Assembly (NCBI GenBank): GCA_965205335.1
Contig: OZ242164.1
Span: forward strand, 224,001 to 288,000
Source: Candidatus Woesearchaeota archaeon
Lineage (GTDB): Archaea; Nanobdellota; Nanobdellia; Woesearchaeales; UBA583
DNA length: 64,000 nt
Reading direction: 5' to 3'
Part shown: one piece after another, positions 49,597-62,100 of the stretch
Layout of the letters: every line of letters starts with the position of its first letter
Position numbering within the stretch: the first letter of the stretch is position 1
Notes under the pieces: model-generated
Seen by the model: only the letters and a program-made list of their open reading frames with translations
Databases searched by the model: none
What the model was told of the DNA's origin: nothing
Made by a program: the position numbers and the translations under genes

Positions 49597-50142
49597 TTAA
49601 CTCTTATAACTATGATGCCTCTTAGAATCAACTCTTTTCTTTGCGGCAAGAATCTCTCTAATATAAACTCTGCCAACATCCTCTTCTCTAATATCAAGTT
49701 TCTTTATATACATTTGCACCTTTTCATACGAATAAGACTCAATCTCAAGAATTGGATCAAGACCCACATACTCATCCAAATCAAAAGTTACATCATCCAA
49801 CCTATACTCAGTTCTATACTTAGTCAGCTCAAAAATTTTAATATAGCCTAGCTCATTTAAAATCCTACGCATAACCTTAAAATTTGAAATCTTTACACCA
49901 ATCTCATCACGCCCCGTTATATTCTGAACTGAGTTTTTCTTCCCTTTCAAACTCAAATAAATATACCTTCCTTTCTGTCTTATCCTAAGCGCCTTTCCAC
50001 CTCTTGACAAATCCCTATCAGGAGTATCAAACCTATAATCCACAACTTTTCCTGTAAATACTTTTAAAGCACCCAAATTCTCAATCTTTTTCACGATAAC
50101 ATTCTTATCAATATTTCTAATCTTAACTTCAACCTCTTTCAT
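49597..50142 (-). CDS. CYTH-domain protein (class IV adenylyl cyclase-like)
   Basis: EVEVK N-terminal ExExK, ALRIR, KYRTEY, LEIE. Confidence 0.88.
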   Translation of the reverse strand: MKEVEVKIRNIDKNVIVKKIENLGALKVFTGKVVDYRFDTPDRDLSRGGKALRIRQKGRYIYLSLKGKKNSVQNITGRDEIGVKISNFKVMRRILNELGYIKIFELTKYRTEYRLDDVTFDLDEYVGLDPILEIESYSYEKVQMYIKKLDIREEDVGRVYIREILAAKKRVDSKRHHSYKS

Positions 50143-50242
50143 TTCTCATTTCCCCAAAACTACTATACAAAACGCGAGTAACTTTCTTTAACACTAACAA
50201 CACAAATTCATGCAAGATCTCAAATCTTAAATATCTCACATA

Positions 50243-51174
50243 CTATAACATTGTAATAATCGATTTCTTATTATTAACAAAAACAACGCAATCCTCATAC
50301 TGTGATACCACCGAACCATCAACAGTAGACAATGTGTCATACTCGTAAATTATTCCATTACCCTTTAGTACTTTCAGTGCATACTTAACCTTTCTTATAT
50401 CAAACCCCTTCGGAGCACTTGAATTCAAAGTTCTAATTATATCCTCTACTAACCACCTCTTTGAAAAAGGCAGATAAGGATAGTTTTCCTTAATATAACC
50501 AAGAACCTTTTTTGCAATAGGATCTCGAATAGGCTTATTACCTTTTAGATGAATTACATTTGAGGGTCCACACGACTTCACTTCTGGATTTCCAGTTGTA
50601 AAAAATGGTTCTATCGCAAGTTGCATATCATCCTCAATCTTCTGAAGGTTCTTATTTACAAAATTTGGAACAGACAACCCAGAATGCAAATTATTTTGAC
50701 CAATCTGATGCCCACACAAATTATGTATAGTCTCATATCCATACTTTCTTGCAACACTATGAACAGTTTCTCCTAAATCATTCATCGTAACTCCTATCTG
50801 TGCTTTATCCATTACAGCATTAAGTCCCTCTAAATTTGCTTTCATCAAACTCTCATACTCATTAGTTTCAATCTCAACTGTAAAAGCATTATCTGTTATA
50901 AAACCATCTTGGGATATTCCGAAATCAATCTTAACTAAATCTCCCCTCTTAAGCAAATATCCCTCATCAAATACAGTATAATGAGCGGCAACATCATTAA
51001 CACTAACTGTCGCTGGGAATGCAGGCATATAACCCTCTCCAAAATCCTCTTCTCAATATAATCTATGATTTGGGTTATATCCATTCCTACTTTGGGTAAA
51101 ACTGACACTTCCTTTCTAATAACTCTTGTCAGCCTACCCAATTTTTCCAAAACATTAATATCTAGTTCACTCAT
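50243..51174 (-). CDS. map: methionine aminopeptidase type II, apparent single-base frameshift near 51031-51045
   Basis: PAFP..VSVNDVAAHYT, KIDFG, TDNAFT, NLCGH, AIEPF, SQYED; the N-terminus lies in ORF 50935-51189; one added base restores 310 aa. Confidence 0.9.
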
Positions 51175-51254
51175 TAATAATTCAAACACTCATTATTATA
51201 TAAAACTTAGGTTTATCAAATCCTTATTCAACACATGCAATAAAATAAAAACAA

Positions 51255-52163
51255 TTAAAAATATCTATCCAGATACTCATTAACCTTCTTCTTAGTTATT
51301 CCATAATTAACCAAACCTTTACTTATGGAATCTCTTGAATGCTCAGACTTATACTTTAAAATATACTCCTTGCACATCAACTCTTCCTCACTCATCTTAC
51401 TACTTTCAGAAGGATTGGAAATTTCTCTAATTCTACTCTTACGTCTGGAAACAACAATAATTAAAATAATCACAATTAAAAGAACTACTCCTGCTGATGC
51501 TCCAATATAATAAGTTAGAGGATTAACCTTTGATGCAACAATAACTGCACTATCTCTTTCTCTCAAATCAAAAATATCCATCGTCACCCTATTCTCATTC
51601 ACAACTCCAACCTCAGAAGATTCTACTTTTGCAGGCAGTGTAACTGCATATGTGGTTTTTGCACCTAAGGCCCTAAGTTGTGGCAGGGTATCAACAAAAT
51701 CCTCACTATTATCATCAGATGAAGAAAAATCTCCAGAATCAAAATTGGAATTCAGTTTATTTATCAACTCAAAAACTCCCAAAGCATTATACGTGTATGT
51801 AATTTTTGGCAATCCTTTTTTAACTTCAAAAAACTCAGAAGTCACCTGCCATTTTCCCTTAAGAACTACTAAACCATCCTCTGTTACACTGCAATCAAAA
51901 CCAAATTCCTTAACACTCCCCAAACCTCCCTCATCATCACATGCTCCATCCATTATTTCATCAACTCCACTTGTTTCCTCAGACTGCAGACCCTCTTCGA
52001 GTTTGCCAAAAGAACTAATAATATTTGAAAAATCATATTTAATCACAACATCAGAACTGCCATCCTCTCTCAATTCCTGTTCAATCCCCATATTCACACA
52101 TCCACTAAAAAATAAAACAGCAAAAGCCAAAAACAAATAACTAATAAATTCCTTCACATCCAT
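51255..52163 (-). CDS. lipoprotein with C-terminal TM (LppM-like)
   Basis: Lipobox FSGC, L.EDGS, VTLPAKV, TM then short cytoplasmic tail. Confidence 0.6.
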   Translation of the reverse strand: MDVKEFISYLFLAFAVLFFSGCVNMGIEQELREDGSSDVVIKYDFSNIISSFGKLEEGLQSEETSGVDEIMDGACDDEGGLGSVKEFGFDCSVTEDGLVVLKGKWQVTSEFFEVKKGLPKITYTYNALGVFELINKLNSNFDSGDFSSSDDNSEDFVDTLPQLRALGAKTTYAVTLPAKVESSEVGVVNENRVTMDIFDLRERDSAVIVASKVNPLTYYIGASAGVVLLIVIILIIVVSRRKSRIREISNPSESSKMSEEELMCKEYILKYKSEHSRDSISKGLVNYGITKKKVNEYLDRYF

Positions 52164-52290
52164 TATGTCCTATAAGAATTAAAATCTATAAGAATATTAC
52201 TAACTATCAATAAAAGACAACAACTAATCATAATAAAACACTACATAACTTCTTATTCAAAGACGATAAATATCCCTTACATATCAATCC

Positions 52291-53265
52291 CTATCTCAAA
52301 CCCTTTCTCTTCATAACCTTCTTTACCGCCTTTATTATCTTCTCTGTTGAAATCCCATACTTATCCATTAATTCATATCCTCGTCCACTCTCTCCAAAAG
52401 AATCCTTCATACCAACAAACTCAACAGGCACAGGATAAACTCCTGAAAGATACTCACAAACCGCTCCTCCAAGTCCTCCTATTATCTGATGCTCTTCACA
52501 CGTTACAACTGCATTAGTCTTCTTCGCATACTTCAAAACAGTCTTCTCATCAAGCGGTTTAATTGTATGCATATTAACCAAAGTTGCCTTAATCCCTTCC
52601 TCTCTAAGTTCTGATACAGCCCTAAGAGCAAACTGAACAGTTAAACCGCACGCAATTATCATAACATCATCTCCCTCATCTAAAACATTGGCAACGCCTA
52701 TCTTAAACTTATCTGATTTCTTAGTGATATTCAAAGACTTCTCTCTAGAAATCCTAAGATAACAAGGACCCTTATACTTTGCAATTTCAATAGTTGCCTT
52801 TCTCGTCTCCTCTTCATCACAGGGAACTACAACAACCAAATTAGGTAGAACACGAGTAATTGCAATATCCTCTAAAACCTGATGAGTTGCTCCATCTTCT
52901 CCTGTCGTAAGCCCTGCATGGCCCCCCAAAACTTTAACGTTGCGGTTAGAATAACAAACTGAAACCCTGAGCTGATCCCAATTTCTCCCGGGATTAAATG
53001 CCGCAAAAGAAGTAACAAAAGGAATCTTCCCATTCAGACACATACCCGATGCAGCGCCCATCATATTCTGCTCGCAAACTCCCATCTGAAAATATCTCAG
53101 GGGAAACTTCTTTGCAAAAGCACTCACCCTAACAGAATCTGTTAAATCAGCACACAACGCAACAACATTCTTATTCTCCTTTCCTACATCCAAAAGTCCC
53201 TGCCCAAAACCATCCCTTGTAGAGCCCTTTGAATTACAATCAATATTATCATAATACACCATCAT
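52291..53265 (-). CDS. transketolase, C-terminal subunit
   Basis: ADLTDS, GVCEQNM, GEDGATHQ, EEHQIIGGLG. Confidence 0.95.
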   Translation of the reverse strand: MMVYYDNIDCNSKGSTRDGFGQGLLDVGKENKNVVALCADLTDSVRVSAFAKKFPLRYFQMGVCEQNMMGAASGMCLNGKIPFVTSFAAFNPGRNWDQLRVSVCYSNRNVKVLGGHAGLTTGEDGATHQVLEDIAITRVLPNLVVVVPCDEEETRKATIEIAKYKGPCYLRISREKSLNITKKSDKFKIGVANVLDEGDDVMIIACGLTVQFALRAVSELREEGIKATLVNMHTIKPLDEKTVLKYAKKTNAVVTCEEHQIIGGLGGAVCEYLSGVYPVPVEFVGMKDSFGESGRGYELMDKYGISTEKIIKAVKKVMKRKGLR

Positions 53266-54104
53266 AAATCACCTCTTTTAATTTTCTCTCTAATCCTAAG
53301 CAACTCATTAAGAGCAACCTTAGTTTCATCATCATTTGGAGCTTTCCCATGCCATCTATAATCACTCTCCATAAACGAAACTCCTTTTCCAGAAACCGTA
53401 TTTGCAATCAAACAAACAAGACTTCCCTTAATTTTCATACCTTCTCTTAAAGCATGCCTAATAGCCATTATATTATTCCCATCAAATTCAATCGTCTTAA
53501 ACCCAAAAGCAGAAATCTTTCTGGAAACATCACCAATAGAACTAATATCTCCTGTTCTCCCCTCAATCTGAACATGATTCCTATCAACTATCACAATTAA
53601 ATTATCAAGCCCCTCATAACTCGCAAACAAAAAAGCCTCCCAGCACTGACCCTCCTCAAGTTCACCATCTCCCATAAAACAAAACACTTTATTTTTCTTC
53701 TTATCCCTTTTCAAAGATGCCCCAAGCCCTACCGCCTGAGAAATCCCCTGCCCCAAAGGACCTCCTGAATTCTCAACTCCTACAACTGCCCCATTATGAG
53801 GATGTCCCTGCAATCTTGAATTAATCTTTCTAAATGTCATTAACTCATCAACACTAAAATATCCAAGCCTTGCAAGAACTGAATACAAAACAGGACAAAT
53901 ATGCCCATTAGACAAAAAAACAAAATCTCTTTTACTCCATTCAGGTTTCTTAGGATTATGATTTAAAACCTCATTATACAAAACAGAAAAAACATCCGCC
54001 ATTCCCAAAGAACCCCCGCAATGCCCCGACTTAGAATTATTAACCATCCTTACAATATCACACCTGACATCATTTGCAAATAACTTCAACTCACAATCAT
54101 CCAT
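53262..54104 (-). CDS. transketolase, N-terminal (TPP-binding) subunit
   Basis: SGHCGGSL, LSNGH, LQGHP, GDGELEEG, WHGKAP. Confidence 0.95.
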   Translation of the reverse strand: MDDCELKLFANDVRCDIVRMVNNSKSGHCGGSLGMADVFSVLYNEVLNHNPKKPEWSKRDFVFLSNGHICPVLYSVLARLGYFSVDELMTFRKINSRLQGHPHNGAVVGVENSGGPLGQGISQAVGLGASLKRDKKKNKVFCFMGDGELEEGQCWEAFLFASYEGLDNLIVIVDRNHVQIEGRTGDISSIGDVSRKISAFGFKTIEFDGNNIMAIRHALREGMKIKGSLVCLIANTVSGKGVSFMESDYRWHGKAPNDDETKVALNELLRIREKIKRGDL

Positions 54105-54240
54105 AAAAAAACTAAAAACCTAACAATTTAAATAAACGTGTTTTAATCTCAAAGTTTAACCACCCCAAACACTAAAAAAATTATCATGAAATAACCATAC
54201 AAATTTATAAACAAATCACTATCAATTTATATAATATACA

Positions 54241-55509
54241 ATGGAAAAATCAAACATGCAAAAACAAGATGACGAATTCATAGTATGCGAGAATTGTAAA
54301 AAACAATTAGGAAAAGTAAAACACATAGCACACCTTAGTTCAAAGGATTTATCTATTTTGGAAAATCCAAGAAGAGTAATGAATGTAAACTTCCCACTTA
54401 GAATGGACAATGGAACAATAAGAATAGTTAATGCATTTAGAGTTCAGTACAATGATGCTCTCGGTCCAACTAAAGGAGGTATAAGATTTCATCAAAGCGT
54501 TAATGAAGAAGAAGTTGCAGGGCTGGCGTTTTTAATGTCTCTTAAAACTGCATTAGTGGGACTGCCCTACGGAGGAGCAAAAGGGGGCATAAGAATTAAT
54601 CCAAAAGAATTATCCGAGGGGGAATTAGAGCGAGTATCAAGAGGATACATTAAAGAAATGGCTAAAATCATTGGACCTAAATTAGACATTCCCGCGCCCG
54701 ATGTTAACACAAATCCAAAAATAATGGGATGGATGATGGATGAATATGAACACATAGCAGGTGTTAAAACAAGAGGAGTTATTACTGGAAAACCAATTCT
54801 TCTTGGTGGAAGTTTAGGCAGAAATGAATCAACCGCAAGAGGAGCATTTTTTATAATATCCAGAAAATTTGAAAAAGAAAAAAACAAATCCAAAATTAAA
54901 ATTGCAATCTCAGGATTTGGAAATGCAGGCTCTAACCTTGCCAAAATGCTTGATAAAGAAGGATTTAAAGTTGTCGCAGTATCTGACTCATCAAGTGGCT
55001 TATATGAACCAAAAGGACTTGACATAGAAAAAATAATTGAACACAAAAAAGATAAGAAGCATCTTGCAACATATGAAAACTATAAGAAAATATCAAACGA
55101 AGAATTACTTGAATTAAACGTAGACATACTAATACCTGCCGCTCTTGGAGAGGTTATAAATTCAAATAATGTCCAAAATATTAAAGCGAAAACAATTGTT
55201 GAAGTTGCAAACGCTCCTACTTCAGTATCATCTGATGATGTACTAGAAAAGAAAGGAATAGAAATTATCCCTGACATTTTAGCAAATTCAGGAGGTGTTA
55301 TTGTCTCATACTTTGAATGGGTTCAGAATCTATCAAATTATTATTGGAGTGAAGACGAAGTAAACGAGAAACTAAAAACTAAAATTATTAATGCTTACGA
55401 AGATGTCTTGGAAGAAGCAAAAGTTCATAATATAAATTTAAGAACTGCATCATACACATTATCAATTGCAAGAATTCTTGAAGCAGAAACATTAAGAGGA
55501 CATATTTAA
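54241..55509 (+). CDS. gdhA: NAD(P)-dependent glutamate dehydrogenase
   Basis: GPTKGGIRFH, PYGGAKGG, DIPAPDVNT, GFGNAG, NSGGVIVSYFEWVQN. Confidence 0.96.
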   Translation: MEKSNMQKQDDEFIVCENCKKQLGKVKHIAHLSSKDLSILENPRRVMNVNFPLRMDNGTIRIVNAFRVQYNDALGPTKGGIRFHQSVNEEEVAGLAFLMSLKTALVGLPYGGAKGGIRINPKELSEGELERVSRGYIKEMAKIIGPKLDIPAPDVNTNPKIMGWMMDEYEHIAGVKTRGVITGKPILLGGSLGRNESTARGAFFIISRKFEKEKNKSKIKIAISGFGNAGSNLAKMLDKEGFKVVAVSDSSSGLYEPKGLDIEKIIEHKKDKKHLATYENYKKISNEELLELNVDILIPAALGEVINSNNVQNIKAKTIVEVANAPTSVSSDDVLEKKGIEIIPDILANSGGVIVSYFEWVQNLSNYYWSEDEVNEKLKTKIINAYEDVLEEAKVHNINLRTASYTLSIARILEAETLRGHI

Positions 55510-55511
55510 TT

Positions 55512-55949
55512 TTAATTTTCTCTTAAATAATCTCCTATGTTCATCTGATTTAATAATTTTTTATTTACAAATTTAATATATCCAATGGGATCTTCATTAT
55601 GCACAACAAGATAAAATTTCTTTTCATCAAGTCTTAAAGAACATCTAATATGGCTCAAAGACAAATCTTTTCCATACGTAAAATCAAGTGCTTTCTTTGA
55701 TGATTTAACACTAACTATATTTTTAGAATTTTTACTAATAAAATCAAACAAATACTTAGAAGGCAGTAACCTCTTTAATTTAATAAATATAAGACTATCA
55801 TTAAAAACCTCATCTTCCTCAAACTCTCTTTCACAAAGAAACACATTCTCATTTTTCACATATAACTTTTTGCCAAGAAAAAACTTAGAAATCTTTGAAT
55901 TGGAAACATCAAATCCTTTTAGAAAACTACGTAGTTCATCTGCTTTCAT
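55512..55949 (-). CDS. hypothetical protein, possible NIP7/PUA-like RNA-binding domain
   Basis: FTYGKDL...LVVHNEDPIGY...NIGDYLRE resembles the C-terminus of archaeal NIP7-like proteins. Confidence 0.5.
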   Translation of the reverse strand: MKADELRSFLKGFDVSNSKISKFFLGKKLYVKNENVFLCEREFEEDEVFNDSLIFIKLKRLLPSKYLFDFISKNSKNIVSVKSSKKALDFTYGKDLSLSHIRCSLRLDEKKFYLVVHNEDPIGYIKFVNKKLLNQMNIGDYLREN

Positions 55950-56117
55950 AAAATAAGCAATTAAAACAAATTTAAAAGTATATTGTTGTTTAAGTTAGTT
56001 AAATATACACAAAAATAACAAAATAGTGGGGGAAAAACATTTTGATGAAATAATCACTAACCAATAGAGGACATCACTTAAATTCTGTATCATTAATGAT
56101 ATAATAATAAAAGAAAT

Positions 56118-59100
56118 ATGATACAGAAAACTTCTATACAACAGAAAGTCTTAAAGACAACTTTAACATCATTACTAATCATTGCATTAATTGGACTAAC
56201 AAGTAGTTTAGCATGGGGAACTCAACCCCAATTCAATCAAAGTTTTTACAATTTTAGTTTTTATGAGGAAAATGATGGAACGGCAAACTATGCATATGTT
56301 GGAACAGTAAGTGCAAATGGTTCTGTTGGTGATACTCTAACATACTCTCTTGAAGGTCATAACCAATCTATGTTTAGAATTAATTCAGAAACAGGAGTTA
56401 TTACATACATTGGACCCGGGGAAGATTATGAAAGTGCAAATAAACTTGATCATACATTCAAAGCCAAAGTAACCAATGACAACAATGAGAATGAAGTATA
56501 TGTTTATGTATATGTTAAAGACCTAAACGACAACTATCCTATTTTCAGCCAGGATATTTTCTATCTTTATCTTGATGAAAACGCCAACGGAAGTTCAAAC
56601 CCTGTACCTATTGGAAATATAATCGCAACTGATCTTGATGAAGGGAGTTTAAAATACTCTATAACACAAGGAGACATTAATAAATTTGCTATTAACTCAA
56701 CAACAGGAGAAGTTACATACATTGGAAATGGAGAAGATTACGAAAGTGGAATATACCAATACAATTTAAAAGTTCAGGCAAGTGATGGAACATATCATCC
56801 CAAAAAAGATCTAATAGTTATCATTAATGACTTAGAAAACGAAAGCAGAAATTATCCCAACTGTAGTGGAACTGCAGCACTTAGAGGCTCTACAAGTAAA
56901 ACTGATTTAATTGCAGATTGTAATACTTTATTATCGTTTAAAAAACATATCAGAGCAGTGAATTTAAACTGGGATATCTACACCAGAATAGGAAAATGGG
57001 AAGGTGTTACAATAAAAAATAACAGAGTAACAAAATTATACTTGAGAAATAAAAATTTAACAGGGAGTATCCCCAAAGAATTAGGAAATCTCTCAGGATT
57101 GGTGTACTTAAATATGATATTTAACAATTTAACTGGGGAAATTCCTAAAGAACTGGGAAAGTTATCAAATTCATTTGAATTGGATTTGAGTTATAATAAT
57201 TTAAATGGAGAAATCCCCAAAGAATTAGGGAATATGGCAAGTTTGATTCAATTGTATCTAAACCACAATAATTTAACAGGAAGCATCCCTAAGGAGTTAG
57301 GGAATCTACATATATATGACTTGTATCTAGACCACAATAATTTAACTGGAGAAATCCCTAGAGAATTTGAGAATCTATCTCTAAGAAGTTTAAGATTGAG
57401 TAATAATAATTTAACAGGAAGCATCCCCTCGCAAATAGGAGACCAAAATTTGAAAGAATTATTTTTGAATAATAATAAATTAACCGGAAATATCCCCACA
57501 CAAATTGGAAGTTTAACAAATTTAGAGGACTTGTATTTAAATGATAATGAACTAACTGGGAGTATTCCATCACAGTTTGGAAGTTTAACAAAATTAGAGA
57601 ACTTATACTTAAACAATAACAAACTAACAAGAAATATCCCTACACAAATTGGAAGTTTAACTAAATTAGAGAATTTATATATGAACAATAACGAACTAAC
57701 TGGGAGCATACCTTCACAAATTGGAAGTTTAACAAATTTAGAAAATCTGTATATGAACAATAATAACTTAACTGGAAATATCCCTGAGGAATTAGGAAGT
57801 CTAATAAAATTAATTAATTTGGATTTGAGTTATAATAATTTAACAGGAAGCATACCCACGCAAATAGGAGACTTAACAAATTTAATTAATTTGTTTCTGA
57901 ATAATAATAACTTAACTGGAAATATCCCTGAGGAATTAGGAAGTCTAACAAAATTAATTAATTTGGATTTTAGTAATAATGATTTAACAGGAAGCATACC
58001 CACGCAAATAGGAGACTTAACAAATTTAATTAACTTGTTTCTGAATAATAATAACTTAAACGGAAGCATACCCACACAAATAGGGAATCTGATAGATTTA
58101 GTTAACTTAACTATAAACAACAATAATCTAACTGGGAGAATTCCTAGACAAATGGTAAGTTTATGGGATTTGGAAAAACTATTCTTGAACAATAACAATT
58201 TAAATGGAAGAATTCCATCGCAATTAGGAAATTTAAGGCGTTTAAAATACCTTCATTTGAACAATAACAATCTAAATGAAGGAATTCCTATAGGATTTGG
58301 ATACTTGGAAGATTTAGAGGAGTTCTTTTTGAATAACAATAACTTAACGGGAGATATTCCATATGAATTAGCAAGATTAGGTGAGTTATCACTCTTTTTT
58401 TTAAACAATAACAATCTAACAGGAGAAATTCCTGAAGAATTTGGAGATTTAGCAAACCTGAGAATCTTGCTTATGAATAATAATAATTTAAACGGAAGCA
58501 TTCCAAGAGAATTAGGAAATCTATCAAAATTAGAAGTACTGGATTTGAGTTACAATAATTTAAACGGAAGTATTCCTGAAGAATTAGAAAATTTACCTAA
58601 TTTGAGGAGTTTGAATCTAAGCAATAATAACTTAAGGAGTAACCCAGATAATATAGAAATTTTACCACCTCAACCTAATAATAATCCTGTTTTCAATCAA
58701 AATCATTACAATTTTAATCTTGATGAAAATGCAAATGGCAATCCAAACCCAATATCAATTGGAACTGTAAATGCAACAGATGAAGATGATGATAATTTAA
58801 CATACACTATTACACAAGGAAATACTAACAAATTTAACATTCATTCAGGAACAGGAAAAATTACATACACAGGAAATGGGGAAGATTACGATAGTGGAAC
58901 AACACAATACACCCTGACAATTCAGGCAGATGATGGACAAAATAACATAAATGCACAAGTTACAATTAGCATCAACAACTTAAACGACAACTCCCCACAA
59001 TTCTCCCGAAACTCATACACTTTCAGTCTTGATGAGAATGCAGACGGGAATCCAAACCCAGTAACAATTGGAACTGTGACCGCAACAGATGAAGACAGCA

Positions 59101-62100
59101 ATACTTTAACTTACACAATCACACAAGGAAATACTAACAAATTTGACATTAATTCTCAGACTGGGAAAATCACATACACTGGAAACGGGGAAAACTATGA
59201 AAGTGGGATAACACAACACACTCTGACAATCAGGGCAAATGATGGACAAAACAATGCAAATGCACAAGTTACAATTAACATCAACAACTTAAACGATAAC
59301 TCCCCTCAATTCGGACAAAGTTCTTACACATTTAACCTCAACGAGAACACAGACAGGAATCCAAACCCAGTAACAATTGGAACTGTGACCGCAACAGATG
59401 AGGACAGCAATACTTTAACATACACAATCATACAAGGAAATACCAATAAATTTGACATTAACTCTCAAACAGGAAAAATTACATACATCGGAACAGGAGA
59501 AGATTATGAAAGCGGGATAACACAACACACTCTGACAATCAGGGCAAATGATGGACAAAACAATGCAAATGCACAAGTTACAATTAACATCAACAACTTA
59601 AACGACAACTCTCCACAATTCGGACAAAGTTCTTACACATTTAACCTCAACGAGAACGCAGACGGGAATCCAAACCCAGTAACAATTGGAACAGTAACTG
59701 CAACAGATGAGGACAGCAATACTTTAACATACACAATAACATCAGGGAATATTAACAAATTTGACATTAACTCTCAAACAGGAAAAATTACATACATCGG
59801 AACAGGAGAAGATTATGAAAGCGGGACAACACAACACACTCTGACAATCAGGGCAAATGATGGACAAAACAATGCAAATGCACAAGTTACAATTAACATC
59901 AACAACTTAAACGATAACTTCCCCGCCTTCACTCAAAATTCATACAATTTTGATATTGATGAAAATGAAGATGGTAATCCAAATTCTGTTTCTCTTGGAA
60001 CAGTAAATGCAACAGATGAAGACAGCAATACTTTAACATACACAATAACATCAGGGAATATTAACAAATTTAGAATTAACTCAGAAACAAGTGAAATGTC
60101 ATACATCGGAACAGGAGAAGATTATGAGAGCGGGACAACACAATACACCCTGACAGTTCAGGCAAATGATGGACAAAACAACGCAAACGCCCAAGTTACA
60201 ATTAACATCAACAACCTAAACGACAACTCTCCTCAATTCAGTCAAAGCTTTTACACATTTAGTCTCAATGAAAATGCTGACGGAAACTCAAACCCAGTAA
60301 CCATTGGAACAGTAACTGCCACTGATGAAGATGTTGGCGACACTTTAAGATATTCCATCACATCTGGTAATGCAGATAACAAGTATGACATTAATTCAAC
60401 AACAGGTGAAATCACATATATTGGAAGTGGAGAAGATGGAAGCACACCAATGTATTCCTTAAATGTTAGCGTAACTGATACTGAATTTTCTGACCAGACC
60501 ACTGTTCAGATTATCATTAATGCAACAAGCAATAATAACAATCATCCTCAATTCCCTACCGACGTAGCCTATTTTGACCTTGATGAGAATTTGAATGGTC
60601 CTATATATGTTCATGAGCTCACTGCAACTGATGATGATGTTAATGATACTATAACCTACTCAATTGCTTCTTGTGATAGAAGTAAGTTTAGTATTAATTC
60701 CTCAACCGGTAGAGCACATTACATTGGTAGCGGGGAAGATTTTGAGAGCTTAGTGGAGTCTGGTTCAACCCAGTTTAATTGTATAATTGAAGCCAGTGAT
60801 GGGTCACTTAATGATACTATTAGGTTAGAGATTAACGTTGTTGATGTGAATGAGGCTCCTGAATTTCCGGGTAGTGGTTATGCTTCTAATGATCTTGATG
60901 AGAATATAGATGGGAGTTCAAGTAATAAGTTCCTTCACTTTACCTTTGCAACTGATCCTGATGACGATAATTTAACATACTCTATTACAGAAGGTGATAC
61001 AAGTAAATTTAGAGTTGATGAATCAAATGGTAACTTATATTACATTGGCAGTGGAGAGGATTATGAGGATTTAATAGATCTTGGAGATAACTCTTATAGT
61101 GTTACAATTACAGTTAGTGATGGAGAACATAATGATTCTTATATTTTTACTTTAGAGATTCTTGATGTGAACGATGCTCCTATGTTCACCGGGTTTGAGA
61201 CACGCGGACCTATGAAGGCTTATTTTTTCAATTTTGATGAGAATCTGAATGGCAGTTCTACTCCAGTTTTTGTAGGGAATGTAACCGCGACTGATGACGA
61301 TGAGGATAATTTAACATATAGTTTTACTACTGCTCAAACCAAGTTTGAGATTAATTCATCAACTGGTGAGATAACGTATATTGGTAGCGGGGAAAATCAA
61401 GAAGATGAAGATAGTTTTAGGAAAGCGGTGCAGGTAAGTGATGGTAATCTTAATGTTTCTGTCAATGTTTTAATTAGTGTTAATGATGTAAACGAGGCTC
61501 CTGAATTTAATCAGGATTCATACAATTTCATTCTTAACGAAAATACAAATGGCAGTTCAACGCCTTTTCCTATTGGAACGGTAACTGCGACTGATCCTGA
61601 GGAGGATACTTTAACATACTCAATCTTACCAGGAGAAATAGACAAATTTCAAATTAATTCAACAACTGGTGAAATCACATATATTGGAAGTGGAGAAGAT
61701 GGAAGCACTTCAGTATATTCCTTAAACGTTAGCGTAACTGATACTGAATTTTCTGCCCAGACCACTGTTCAGATTACCATTAATGCAACAGTCAATACTA
61801 ACAATCCACCTGTATTCACTGAGCTCTCTCATCTCTCTCTTGCAGAAAACCGAGACGGGAGAACAACTGCTGTTTATGTTGGAAATGCAACTGCAACCGA
61901 CCAGGATAATGACACTTTAACATATTCCATTACTGAAGGCGACACAAATAAATTTAATATTGATTCATCAGTCGGGGAAATTACATACATTGGAAGCGGG
62001 GAAAATTACGAAAGCGGAAATACTCAACATAATTTAACAGTTCAGGCAAGTGATAGAACAAATGATATAACTGCTAAGGTTATAATTAATATAAAAAATA

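Noticed and set aside
52291-54104. Split transketolase (and split LplA/LplB) as novelty
   Set aside because: Two-gene forms are well known in archaea
57000-60400. Regular repeats as a CRISPR array or DGR template/variable pair
   Set aside because: Units are in-frame coding repeats without unique spacers; no cas or reverse transcriptase gene in the window; differences are not obviously adenine-specific
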